Source: an archaeon
GTDB taxonomy: Archaea; B1Sed10-29; JAJSAI01
NCBI GenBank assembly: GCA_024274695.1
Contig: JAJSAI010000023.1
Span: 1 to 41,980, forward strand
Direction: 5' to 3'
Length of the DNA: 41,980 nt
A program made the position numbers and the translations under genes. Under the pieces are notes generated by a model. It did no database searches, was not told where the DNA came from, and saw nothing but the letters and a program-made list of their open reading frames with translations. Shown in pieces: positions 27,557 to 37,120 of the stretch (positions are counted from its first letter, which is position 1; every line of letters begins with the position of its first letter).

Positions 27557-28804
27557 CTATAAAACTTTTGCCTTCAGGTGGCTTGGGCCAGCGCCTGTTA
27601 TTCTGAAGGAAGCCCACTCGCCCGGGACTGCCTTGCCCGAGAAGAAGACTGTCTTGTAGTTTGTGGTGCGAGCCATGCCTTCTGAAACCACGAGGCCTCT
27701 CATTGTCCTGCCAACATACCTTTTGTTATTCTCCTCGCTTATTCTTCTCACGAGATCCGACAGGAGTTTTGACCTTCTTTTGATCACCTGGGTTCTTATC
27801 CTGGGCATCTTTTCCGCAGGGGTTTTCGGCCGTGGGTAGAACTTGGACACGTTGGTAACGTCCGGCCTTGTTTCCTCCAGCAGTCTGATGGTATGATGGT
27901 AGTCTGTCTCGGTTTCTCCAGGCAGGCCCACTATAATGTCAGTGGCTATGGTAACGTCAGGAACGTTCTCTCTCATGTAATCCACTATTCTCACGAAGTC
28001 CCTTGCTTTGTAAGGTCTTCTCATGTTCTTCAGAATCCTGTCAGACCCTGACTGGACAGGAGCGTGCAGGAATGAGTAAACTCGGGGATGATTGAGCAGG
28101 CTGGAGAGCTCCTGCAGCATTCCCAGCGCGTGGTTCGGGTTCATCATCCCTATTCTTATCACGTAGTCCCCGTCTACTTCCAGCAGGGAACGCACGAGCT
28201 CTGGCAGGCTGGTCCCGATGTCAAGCCCGTAGCATCCTGTGTCCTGCGCGGTCAGGAAGATCTCTTTCTTCCCTTCCCTGACCATCTTCTCAAAGGCCAT
28301 TCTTATCTGCTTGGGATCATAGCTTTGGAGGTCTCCTCTCGCGTTCTTCGTCCCGCAGTAAGCGCATCTTCCCAGGCAACCTTCAGATATGGGGAGTATC
28401 CCGGTAATTCCCGGCTGGACCCCGACGGGAACGCCTGGTTTTTCTCCTTCACGGTAGTCCACAATCTTTCCCGAGAGCGTTTTCTTGACAGCGTCAGCGA
28501 TCCTGTTTATTGCCCTCGCGCTCACGACAGAAATCTTGTACCTTTTCAGGAGCACGGGATTGACGTCAGGAAGGCAGCCTGCAACAACGACCCTTTTCCC
28601 CATCTCCAGAAAGTTTTCTATTCTTGAGACCATTCTGGACTCTGTGGGGTTCTTGACAGCACACGTGTTTATCACTACAACGTCCGCGCTCGCAGGATCT
28701 GAGATAGTGAACCCTGCTTTCTCAAGTTCTGCTATAATGTAGTACGTTTCCGCCTTGTTCAGGGAACACCCGTACCCTTCAACGTACACTCTCCTGCTGC
28801 TCAT
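27557..28804 (-). CDS. tRNA methylthiotransferase, MiaB/MtaB (CDKAL1-like) radical SAM family
   Basis: Start trimmed to ATG 28804. UPF0004 cysteines (YGCSLN, INTCAVK, VAGC), CLGRCAYC, IRIGMMNP, VQSGSD, TDIIVG and a degenerate TRAM domain. Confidence 0.92.
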   Translation of the reverse strand: MSSRRVYVEGYGCSLNKAETYYIIAELEKAGFTISDPASADVVVINTCAVKNPTESRMVSRIENFLEMGKRVVVAGCLPDVNPVLLKRYKISVVSARAINRIADAVKKTLSGKIVDYREGEKPGVPVGVQPGITGILPISEGCLGRCAYCGTKNARGDLQSYDPKQIRMAFEKMVREGKKEIFLTAQDTGCYGLDIGTSLPELVRSLLEVDGDYVIRIGMMNPNHALGMLQELSSLLNHPRVYSFLHAPVQSGSDRILKNMRRPYKARDFVRIVDYMRENVPDVTIATDIIVGLPGETETDYHHTIRLLEETRPDVTNVSKFYPRPKTPAEKMPRIRTQVIKRRSKLLSDLVRRISEENNKRYVGRTMRGLVVSEGMARTTNYKTVFFSGKAVPGEWASFRITGAGPSHLKAKVL

Positions 28805-29085
28805 CGTCTGTTCACTGCAAAAGAAGCGATTGCGCCGCCGGCCAGTAGTGCTATAATGAAACCCTGGAAGGTGCTTGTCACCGGGGGGTTTGACTGCCAG
28901 AGTCCGAGAAACCCTGGGACCACGGAGACCGAGACGAACGCCACAAACGCCAGGAAAACCGGCAGGGCAAGATCTTTTTTCTTGTCCCCTGACAGGGGCA
29001 GCAGGATGCTCGCAAGTCCTGCTCCTATGAGAAGACCTCCTGCCCACACCATCCACTGCGACAGCCAGAACATTTTGCTTTTCAC
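28801..29085 (-). CDS. Small hypothetical membrane protein (3 TM)
   Basis: 94 aa with three hydrophobic helices, coupled by 4-nt overlaps on both sides. Confidence 0.72.
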   Translation of the reverse strand: MKSKMFWLSQWMVWAGGLLIGAGLASILLPLSGDKKKDLALPVFLAFVAFVSVSVVPGFLGLWQSNPPVTSTFQGFIIALLAGGAIASFAVNRR

Positions 29086-29429
29086 TTCCTCTTCTTTTTG
29101 ACGGGCCTTATTTTGACCGCGGTACCGTACGCGAACAACTCAACCGTTCCAGGGATAACCTGCGCGGTCGAGCCTATTCTCACGCCCACCACCGCGTTAG
29201 CCCCGAGGGCCCTCGCGTTCCTAGCCATCCTCTGTAGCACAAATCTCCTCGCGTCGTTAACCATGCTAGTGTATTCCTTGACCTCTCCTCCCAGGAGGGT
29301 CCGGAAGAACGCTATGATATCCTTTCCCAGAAACTTTGACCTAACACTAGTGCCCCATACCAGGCCCTTGACCTCCACAATCTCGTAGCCCGGGACTGTT
29401 TCGGTAGTGACAACGTGCACCGGTTCCAT
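29082..29429 (-). CDS. YbjQ / UPF0145 family protein
   Basis: VVTTETVPGYEI, GLVWG, GGEVKEYT, ARALGANAVVGVR and AYGTAV. Start at ATG 29429 behind GGTGAGAGG. Confidence 0.9.
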   Translation of the reverse strand: MEPVHVVTTETVPGYEIVEVKGLVWGTSVRSKFLGKDIIAFFRTLLGGEVKEYTSMVNDARRFVLQRMARNARALGANAVVGVRIGSTAQVIPGTVELFAYGTAVKIRPVKKKRK

Positions 29430-29505
29430 TCCTCTCACCATAAGATTAAAAAGAACCAGGTATTTAAAGTTATTCGGAGTTGACGAAGAGCGGAAAAAGG
29501 AGAGG

Positions 29506-30480
29506 ATGATCATGGACCGCGAGGACCTGCCGTGGACTGAAAAGTACAGGCCTGAAAGGCTCAAGGACGTTGTCGGACACAAGCACATCGTGGAAAGGCT
29601 CGAGAAGTACGCGAAGACCAAGAACATGCCTCACCTTCTTTTCGCAGGCCCCGCGGGAGTGGGAAAAACAGTGTGCGCAATCGCGCTGGGAAAAGAGCTT
29701 TTCGGGAAAACGTTTAACCAGAATTTTCTTGAGCTGAACGCGAGTGACGAGAGGGGAATAGACGTTATCAGGGGCAAGATAAAAGACTTTGCCGCGGTCC
29801 TGCCTTACGGGGACGCTGACTTTAAGATAATATTCTTGGACGAGGCTGACGCGCTCACCCGGGACGCTCAGGCGGCTCTCAGGAGGACCATGGAAAAGTA
29901 CGCCAGGACCTGCAGGTTCATACTCTCCTGTAATTACTCCAGCCGGATAATAGACCCGATACAGTCAAGGAGCGCTGTGTTCAGGTTCAAGCCACTGTCA
30001 GAAGAGGAGATAATGAAAAGGCTCGAGTACATAGCAAAACAGGAGCATTTGCAGGTCTCAAAAGAGGCGTTGAAGGCCCTTGTTCACGTTTCCGAGGGAG
30101 ACATGAGAAAGGCGATCAACTTCCTGCAGTCTGCTAGTGTTCTGGGCAAGAAGGTTGACGAGGAGACTGTTTACAAGGTCGCCGCGAGAGCAAGGCCGAA
30201 AGAAGTTCAGGAAGTAATAGAAACTGCCCTGAAAGGAGATTTCATGAAGGCCAGAGAAAAGCTTTACACCCTATTGTACGAGTACGGGCTTTCAGGAGAA
30301 GACGTGATGAAGCAGATGCACGGCAGGATAATAGAGCTGAAGATCCCTGAAGAAAAAAAGGCCAGGATAATAGACAGGATGGGAGAGTATTCCTTCAGGA
30401 TAGTTGAAGGAGCTAATGAGAGGATACAACTGGAAGCCCTGCTGGCCTGGCTGGTCATGGAAAGGTCTAAACAGGACTGA
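29506..30480 (+). CDS. rfcS: Replication factor C small subunit
   Basis: PWTEKYRP, PHLLFAGPAGVGKT, LELNASDERGIDVIR, LDEADALT, ALRRTME and IQSR. No intein. Confidence 0.96.
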   Translation: MIMDREDLPWTEKYRPERLKDVVGHKHIVERLEKYAKTKNMPHLLFAGPAGVGKTVCAIALGKELFGKTFNQNFLELNASDERGIDVIRGKIKDFAAVLPYGDADFKIIFLDEADALTRDAQAALRRTMEKYARTCRFILSCNYSSRIIDPIQSRSAVFRFKPLSEEEIMKRLEYIAKQEHLQVSKEALKALVHVSEGDMRKAINFLQSASVLGKKVDEETVYKVAARARPKEVQEVIETALKGDFMKAREKLYTLLYEYGLSGEDVMKQMHGRIIELKIPEEKKARIIDRMGEYSFRIVEGANERIQLEALLAWLVMERSKQD

Positions 30481-30519
30481 AAAAAGAAAGGTTTTACAAA
30501 AAGAGGAGAAAGGGGTTTT
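30481..30519 (-). terminator. Pyrimidine/T-rich terminator of the large surface-protein gene
   Basis: Minus strand after the TGA reads AAAACCCCTTTCTCCTCTTTTTGTAAAACCTTTCTTTTT. Confidence 0.55.
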
Positions 30520-33500
30520 TCACTTTCTTCTCGTCATTTTCTTTCCAGCGCCGGATATGGGAGGTGTTCTCTTCTGTTTCCAGTATAGTACTGCTGAGAG
30601 CAGTACTGCCACTATTGCGACCACTCCTGCCACGAGCACCCACGTGTAGTCCTGTGCTGTTGGTGTTACCTCCTGCGCTGGTTTAGTGGGAGCCTGCGGC
30701 GCTGAAGGAGCTGCTGGCTGCTGTTCTTCCGCCGGTTTCTCCTCAGGAGCCTGTTCTTCTGGGGCTGGAGCCGCTGGCTGTTCTTCTGTTGGCGCGGTTC
30801 CTGCAACGAACACCTTGGATGCAGGCTTTTCCTCCACTATGTTCAGGTTCTTCCAGCCGCTTGTCTGGTACTCTACCGTGAGCTCGTCCCCTGGGTTCAC
30901 CTGGTCGTACACGAGCATGAACACAGGGTCTTCCCTCACGACGCGCACCGTCGCTCCCGGAGCATTCACTGTTATCTCTGAAGCGTTCGCCGCAAAGTCT
31001 TTGGGCACCTCGTCGTAGACCACGACGTTGTGCAGTGTCTCGGTTCCAGTGTACTTGAGCGTGACCTTGAGCGTTGACGCGCTCGTGCTTGAGATCATGC
31101 TCGCGGTATGAGTGAAGTCTCCGGCGTACTTGTAGGATTGTTCTGCGAGCCTGTTCAGCGCGTCCTCTGTCAGCTGCTCTCCGAGCACGTCTTCAAGAGC
31201 CTTCTTGAGGGACTCGTCACTTGTTATCTCCTGCACTACTTCCTCTGCGCTCTTGTACTCCTGCACTGGTTCTGGCTCTCCTTCCATTGTCACACTCCCT
31301 GTCGGGACGCTTCCGCCCGCGAGACCTCCTGCTGTTGTGGTGGTGGTCGTGCTTGGAATGTGATAGTTGACTTTTATGTTGTGTACTCCTGGAGAGAGGG
31401 TACCGTCCAGGAGGATAAGGCTTCCCTTCTTGTACGTTCCCTGCCATGGGGCGCCGTCAACGAGGATTTCTATCTGGTCTGCGTTCGTTATGCCTGGAAC
31501 GTCATCGTTCGTGAGTTTTATGTTACCCTGCTGTGCCATGTTTATTGTTGCACTGTAGTTGTTGTCTCCGGCGGTCCCTTGTGGAACAACCTCTTCTATT
31601 GCAGGGAAGGAGAGCAGGGCGTTTGCTTTCAGCACGAACGTTTTGCCTGCAAGCCATGCGTCAGGCAGGTCAGTGTGGTTCACTACTGCTACCGTGATCT
31701 TGTACCTGTATACTGAGAAGCAAACGGTGATGTTCGCTCCATGCGTAGGAGACCCTGATATCGCGTCCGTCACGTTATAGCACGCTGAATACGCGCTGGT
31801 CCTGGTAGCGTTTGGAGCCGCCCACGCTGTTCCGTTCCACTCTTGTAGTGTAACTCCTGACGATATGTTAAGTGTCTTCACCGTGCCGTCAGGAAGTGAA
31901 ACGGTCACGTTCTTCGGGAACACGAAGTCAAGGTACACGTTGTCCTGAGTGTAGAACTGGTTCAGCGCTGAAATGTTCACCGTGTACGTCGTGTTCACAG
32001 TAGCGCCGAGTTCAGGAGGCGCTGTTGTCGGGTCGAACCCTGTGACTGTCTGGCTTGACACGTTAATCGGAGGTATCGCGCTCAGGTAAAGGGTAACTGG
32101 CACAACAGTCTGGTTGGTGGCGTTAACCTGGAGGGTTATTACTGTTTTCCCTGACGCGAAGTCAAAGGAGAAGCTTCCGTTAATGGGCTGGCTGGCCAGG
32201 TCTCCTGTGTTAGCGTACTTCGTACCGTTGTACTCTATGGTGAACAAGTTGCTGAACCCGTACTGTCCCGGAAGAGCGTCAGGGGCTATCAGGGTCAGGT
32301 TCACTGGCCCTGCGGGGGTGTAGATAGTCTGAGTACTCACCTTCGCTGGGATGAGTCCTGGGGTGGTCAGGGTGATCGTGACGATCTCGTTTGATGCTGC
32401 AAGGTTGCTTGCGTTAAGCTGGAAAGTATAGTTGTACGCGAGGTTCTCCATGCTGGTGGCTCCCGCGAACACTGGCTTATCAGTGTATACTGGGTCCACC
32501 CAGAATCCTTCAAGGAAAGACTCGTCATCCTCCCTGTATATTGGGACAGGAACACTGTACTCGCTCCTCAGGGTGGTCAGGTTAGCGTCCTGCAGGGTTA
32601 TCTTGCTGGAATCGTAGGACTGCTTGGGCAGCCCGTTCACGACGTACACTGTCAGGTACTGGCCGGCGTTAATGTTTCCTGCCGAGTCGTTGGCCCTGAC
32701 CGCGAAGGTGTAAACTCCGGACTGGGAGGGAGTGAACTGGCAGTTCACTGGTGACGTTCCCGTGCATGAGTATACTGTGGTGTTGGTCATGTCAATAACA
32801 CTAACCACTGTAGTGTTCACTCCTGACGTGGCGTCAGTGACGGTCACGGGAACAGTGATCGCTTCTCCTGCTGTAGTGTACCATCTTCCGTTTATCTGGA
32901 CCGCGTTGGTGACTGCACCGAACGAAACTGCAGGGGGCGTGTTGTCCACGGTAACGTTAATGGTTGAATCGCTTGACCATCCCGCCTGGTCCCCGGCGCT
33001 GAAGGTCAGGGAATACGCTCCGTCAGGCAGGCCTGAAAGGTTCCAGTGGAAGTTGCAGACTATGACTCCAGGCGCTGATCCAGATTTTGTACAACTTGTG
33101 GCCTGGCTAAAGTCTGTTGTCCCGTTTGGTGCCGAAACAGTCGCGCTTGATATGCTCGTGCCCGCGTCAGTCGCGTTCACGACCACCGTCACGTAGGAGG
33201 TGTACTGGTTGAACGCGCTGTTGTTCGCGGGAGTCTCCCACGCGATCACAGGCGGATTGTTGTCCACGTACACGGGCTGTACCCCGGTGGTGTCATTGTA
33301 GTTGCCTGCCTGGTCGGTTATGTTAAACTGGATTGCGTACATTCCGTCTGCAACACTTGCCGAGGCGAGCAGGCCCCTCCACACTCCCTGGGTCAGGTTT
33401 CCTGAGTACAGGCTCATTGCAGTCCACGGGGTCACGTTAACTCCGCTGCTCATCAGCGCAAAGTTGACGCCCGCGATTCCCGTGAAGTAGTCGGAGAAGT

Positions 33501-35112
33501 TACCGTACACGTAAGAGTTTCCTGTGATTATCCAGTTCGGAACGGTGGGGTATACTTGCCCCGCAAACTGCGGGTTCGTTAGGTCTATGTTGTACGTCCG
33601 GGTCTCTGAAACGTTCCACCAGCCCACCTGGTCAGAACAGTTCACGTACCAGTAGTGCGTTCCTTCTGCCAGTCCTGTGACTGACAGTGTTGTCGGGGTG
33701 TTGTTGGTCGCGGAGGTGTTTTGTGCTACTATCGCCCCGTCAACGTACAGGTAGCAGCTTCCTGGAACGGACATAGTGTCAGTAAAGTTGAATTGTACTG
33801 ATAGGGTGGTGCTCGTGGTGTTGGTGTCGTTGACAGGAGATCCGGACATGAGGTTAACGATGGGAGGAGTAAGGTCAACTCTTATAACCTGACTGGCGGA
33901 TTGCCCGATATTGCCCACGTTGTCAGTACAGTTAACGTAGTAGGTGTGCTCTCCTTCTGTCAGGCTTCCTGTGGAGTACACTGCGGGAGTGTTGTTCTGT
34001 TCTGTCCCTGAAGCAGTGCTCACCCCATCAACATACAGGACACACGATGCTGTCGGGGACAGAGCGTCAGTGAACGTGAAGTTAATCAGGTTGGCTGCGC
34101 TGGACGTGTTGTAGTAGTTTACTGGCGAGTTGATCGTGACCGTCGGAGGAGTCTGGTCAACGGTGATTGTTCTGATAGATGTGGTGTTAAAGTTTCCAGC
34201 AGCATCCGTACAGTTGACATAGTACTGGTGCTTTCCTTCTGAGAAGAGTTGGGAGATCCCTAAACTGGTTTGAGGCAGTGGAACTGTCCCTCCGTTACCT
34301 TGAGAGCCATCAACGTACACATAACAGGTCGCGTTTGGCGATAGGTTATCCGTTACGTTAATGGTTATGCTGTTAACCGCGGAGGAAGTGTTGTAGTTGT
34401 CAACTGGGCTCAGTTGCGCTACTGCGGGGGGAGTCCAGTCCACGTGGAAGGTTACTGTTTCTGAAATGTTCTGGTTCCCTGAACCTCCTAACACGTTGGA
34501 GACCGCGTTATCCCAACATGTTATGTTGAATGTGTAGTCGTTCTCTGATTTAGAAAGCGTGAACACTGTTGGCGTGTTGTTCAGGACACTCGTGTTAGAG
34601 TATATCACAGCACCGTTTTCGGTAACGTTACATGTGAGGTTGGACGCCAGAACATCAACCGCGGTAAAGTTGTACAGGACAGTTGAGGATGTGGTCCAAG
34701 AATCGTTGGCAGGAGCGGTGATTGTTATTGATGACGGGGGAGTGTTGTCAATTATTGCCGTCACGGTCGTGGTGTCATTATACGTTGTCCCGTTGGTAGC
34801 GTTGTACGTGAAAACCCTGGGACCGTCGGGCATTGTGGTGAGGTCGAGAACAACGCTCCAGTTCCCGCTCTGGTTAGTGCCTTCTGTGAGCGTCATTGCG
34901 ATCCAATTGCCGCCAGTACCGTTTTGTATCTGGACGCTTGTCACTTCCTCTCCTGCGGTGGTCACAACAGTCGCGCTGAAGTTATACTGACAGTACATGC
35001 GCACGTTGTCCTGCGCAGGAGTGTTCAAGGTGACTTGGATCGCACTGGCTCCTATCTGGAGCAGAAGAACAGCACACAAAAGAGACAGAACCGTCCTGCC
35101 CAAAAAACTCAT
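30520..35112 (-). CDS. Large cell-surface glycoprotein with tandem Ig-like repeats and C-terminal TM anchor
   Basis: 1530 aa. Signal peptide, repeated D.TPP.V....P.N...TD......C.LYVDG...YYVNC.D.AGN units, many N-x-S/T sequons, a TTTTTTAGG linker, a P/A/E-rich stalk, then a TM helix and basic tail. Confidence 0.9.
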   Translation of the reverse strand: MSFLGRTVLSLLCAVLLLQIGASAIQVTLNTPAQDNVRMYCQYNFSATVVTTAGEEVTSVQIQNGTGGNWIAMTLTEGTNQSGNWSVVLDLTTMPDGPRVFTYNATNGTTYNDTTTVTAIIDNTPPSSITITAPANDSWTTSSTVLYNFTAVDVLASNLTCNVTENGAVIYSNTSVLNNTPTVFTLSKSENDYTFNITCWDNAVSNVLGGSGNQNISETVTFHVDWTPPAVAQLSPVDNYNTSSAVNSITINVTDNLSPNATCYVYVDGSQGNGGTVPLPQTSLGISQLFSEGKHQYYVNCTDAAGNFNTTSIRTITVDQTPPTVTINSPVNYYNTSSAANLINFTFTDALSPTASCVLYVDGVSTASGTEQNNTPAVYSTGSLTEGEHTYYVNCTDNVGNIGQSASQVIRVDLTPPIVNLMSGSPVNDTNTTSTTLSVQFNFTDTMSVPGSCYLYVDGAIVAQNTSATNNTPTTLSVTGLAEGTHYWYVNCSDQVGWWNVSETRTYNIDLTNPQFAGQVYPTVPNWIITGNSYVYGNFSDYFTGIAGVNFALMSSGVNVTPWTAMSLYSGNLTQGVWRGLLASASVADGMYAIQFNITDQAGNYNDTTGVQPVYVDNNPPVIAWETPANNSAFNQYTSYVTVVVNATDAGTSISSATVSAPNGTTDFSQATSCTKSGSAPGVIVCNFHWNLSGLPDGAYSLTFSAGDQAGWSSDSTINVTVDNTPPAVSFGAVTNAVQINGRWYTTAGEAITVPVTVTDATSGVNTTVVSVIDMTNTTVYSCTGTSPVNCQFTPSQSGVYTFAVRANDSAGNINAGQYLTVYVVNGLPKQSYDSSKITLQDANLTTLRSEYSVPVPIYREDDESFLEGFWVDPVYTDKPVFAGATSMENLAYNYTFQLNASNLAASNEIVTITLTTPGLIPAKVSTQTIYTPAGPVNLTLIAPDALPGQYGFSNLFTIEYNGTKYANTGDLASQPINGSFSFDFASGKTVITLQVNATNQTVVPVTLYLSAIPPINVSSQTVTGFDPTTAPPELGATVNTTYTVNISALNQFYTQDNVYLDFVFPKNVTVSLPDGTVKTLNISSGVTLQEWNGTAWAAPNATRTSAYSACYNVTDAISGSPTHGANITVCFSVYRYKITVAVVNHTDLPDAWLAGKTFVLKANALLSFPAIEEVVPQGTAGDNNYSATINMAQQGNIKLTNDDVPGITNADQIEILVDGAPWQGTYKKGSLILLDGTLSPGVHNIKVNYHIPSTTTTTTAGGLAGGSVPTGSVTMEGEPEPVQEYKSAEEVVQEITSDESLKKALEDVLGEQLTEDALNRLAEQSYKYAGDFTHTASMISSTSASTLKVTLKYTGTETLHNVVVYDEVPKDFAANASEITVNAPGATVRVVREDPVFMLVYDQVNPGDELTVEYQTSGWKNLNIVEEKPASKVFVAGTAPTEEQPAAPAPEEQAPEEKPAEEQQPAAPSAPQAPTKPAQEVTPTAQDYTWVLVAGVVAIVAVLLSAVLYWKQKRTPPISGAGKKMTRRK

Positions 35113-35237
35113 AAGAACTTCACCTGCGGTTATTACCTCCCGAAAGATATAAAAAGCTTGTGATTACCGTAACCACTTTTTCGTGGTTTCAGTGCGTTCG
35201 GCAATTGTTATATTCTTTTGAGGTTATAGAGAAGAGC

Positions 35238-35816
35238 ATGCGTTTTGACCAGCTGAAGAAAAGGGCGTTATCCAAGCTTGAAAAAGCTGTGGCCGCTGGA
35301 GAGGCGGACGAGCCCGTGCTCCCGTACCTTGAGTTAATTAACAGACACCCAGACTACTTTACGAGCAGCTCGTGCTACGGGAGGACAATCTTCATACACA
35401 TTGACAGGAGAAAGGACCTGTCAAGGTTTCTGGGAAAATGGCACAGAAAAATATCGTTCGAAGAGGCGTGGGAGACACTGCAGAATGTTGAGGGGAACGT
35501 CTGGTTCAGGTTCGACCCGCTCATACTGCACATCAGCTGCAGGAACATTGACGCAGCGAAAAAGGTTCTTGAAATAAAAACGAGCACAGGGTTCAAGAGG
35601 GGAGGAATATTCAGCATAAAGCCTGAAAGAGTTCAGATAGAGCTTGAGGGCACGGACATGCTCGCCGCACCAGTAAAATCAGGCAAAGAGATTCTGGTGT
35701 CTGAGGACTACTTTAAGACCCTCGTGGAAAAGGCGAACCAGAAGTTTGAGAGCAACGAGAGGAAGTGGAAGAAGTTCGGGTCAGCGTGGGAGGACTACTT
35801 TTCTATTCATACTTGA
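35238..35816 (+). CDS. taw3: tRNA wyosine-pathway methyltransferase Taw3 (TYW3 family)
   Basis: ADEPV..YLELIN.HPDYFTSSSCYGR, KWH, PLILH and GFKRGGI. Confidence 0.88.
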   Translation: MRFDQLKKRALSKLEKAVAAGEADEPVLPYLELINRHPDYFTSSSCYGRTIFIHIDRRKDLSRFLGKWHRKISFEEAWETLQNVEGNVWFRFDPLILHISCRNIDAAKKVLEIKTSTGFKRGGIFSIKPERVQIELEGTDMLAAPVKSGKEILVSEDYFKTLVEKANQKFESNERKWKKFGSAWEDYFSIHT

Positions 35817-36813
35817 ATCTGAGTATTCCGACTATGCCCCCGAACGCGCTTACTTTTTCTGATTCAGGGTTCTCGTGAGAGATTATGAGAACCTCTGCCC
35901 TTGTCTGTTCTGCCTTGTCAAGCAGGGGTTCTATCTCCTCTCTTTTGCTCATGAACAGGGAATCTGTGATGATAAGTTTTTCAATAGCCCCGTAGTCAAG
36001 CGCTTCCTCAATCTTTCCTATCCCGTAGACCGCGTTGTCCTTTGCCAGCGCGGCGGTGAATTCCTCCACCGCCCTCACTTCTTTTGCAGCTCTGGCGTTC
36101 TGAACGATCTTCTGAAATTCCTCTGATTTTATTACTTCAGAAACTCCTCTTGCCCCGATATCGTTGGAGGACACTATCCTGGCCCTCTTGGCAGTGTCCG
36201 GGTCGTCCTCTTTCATTCTCTTGTACAAGTCTTCCGGCCAGAATCCTGGGCCTGCGATCACCAGGAGGCCGTCCAGCCTCTTGAGCACCTCAAGCAGTTC
36301 AGAATACTTCTCTTTAGCCTTTTCAGGATAGTACTTCCCGGATGGGAAGGTGAAATGAGCTCTTTCCGAGAGCCCGAACGGCCGGATAGTGTGCACGTAC
36401 GCTTCCCGATCGTCAAGGGTCACGACGTGAACGAGCTGCTTCTTCTCCTGAGCTTCCTTGAGTCTGTCAAGGTCATGTTTCTTCCAGACGTCTTTTTCCA
36501 CGGATAGCTCGGATCCTGGGGAAACGTCTATTGAATGGTGCTCGCCTGCCTGGACGTACTCTTCGGGCTTTCCGGAAACTATCACCCCGAGAATCTTGAG
36601 GCTGTTCGTGCTGGGCCTGTATGCTACTCTCTCAACCCGCAGGGTAACCGTCACTGGCTTTCTTTCACTGGCCCCTGACTCGAACACCACCTTACGGGTG
36701 GTCCTCGCAGTGACAAGGTCTCCTGGTCGGATCACTTTTTCAAGGTGCCAGAGGTCGTCAGGATCCTCTGCCCTTAGTCTTATCCTGTTGTCCTTCCTGC
36801 CGAGCAACAGCAT
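35803..36813 (-). CDS. pelA: Pelota (aPelota/Dom34) ribosome rescue factor
   Basis: EDPDDLWHLEKVIRPGDLV.ARTTR, GEHHSIDV, IAGPGFW, VYG...AL.YGAIEKLIITD and FGGIVGILRF. Confidence 0.95.
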   Translation of the reverse strand: MLLLGRKDNRIRLRAEDPDDLWHLEKVIRPGDLVTARTTRKVVFESGASERKPVTVTLRVERVAYRPSTNSLKILGVIVSGKPEEYVQAGEHHSIDVSPGSELSVEKDVWKKHDLDRLKEAQEKKQLVHVVTLDDREAYVHTIRPFGLSERAHFTFPSGKYYPEKAKEKYSELLEVLKRLDGLLVIAGPGFWPEDLYKRMKEDDPDTAKRARIVSSNDIGARGVSEVIKSEEFQKIVQNARAAKEVRAVEEFTAALAKDNAVYGIGKIEEALDYGAIEKLIITDSLFMSKREEIEPLLDKAEQTRAEVLIISHENPESEKVSAFGGIVGILRFKYE

Positions 36814-36872
36814 AATCTTTTTTAATCCCGGCCAGTTTATAACCAGTAGTGACAACCGGAGGTTGATGGAAA

Positions 36873-37076
36873 ATGACCTTTGACAAGTTCGGCGTTGGAT
36901 CGCTCGTGGCGGGACTCCTGTTAGTGCTTGGAATACTGCACTTTTGTTTCATGGCCCCTGCAGGAGGCTGGAGCGTTGCAGGCCTTTTGAACGCAGTGTT
37001 CGCCACTGTTACAGGCGGCCTCATACTGTTCGGACTGCTTCTGATTGTTATAGGCGTGCTGTTGCTCGTCTTGTAA
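36873..37076 (+). CDS. Small 2-TM membrane protein
   Basis: 67 aa, Gly/Leu-rich helical hairpin, with a GGAGGT RBS upstream. Confidence 0.7.
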   Translation: MTFDKFGVGSLVAGLLLVLGILHFCFMAPAGGWSVAGLLNAVFATVTGGLILFGLLLIVIGVLLLVL

Positions 37077-37120
37077 AACCCCCTTCTTCTCAAAACCTTT
37101 CAATCTGATGGTGGTCTGGG

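Noticed and set aside
28805-29627. Long N-terminal extensions of the methylthiotransferase (to 29056), YbjQ (to 29627) and rfcS (from 29407)
   Set aside because: They overlap neighbouring real genes. Family motifs and RBS or overlap positions indicate the shorter starts.
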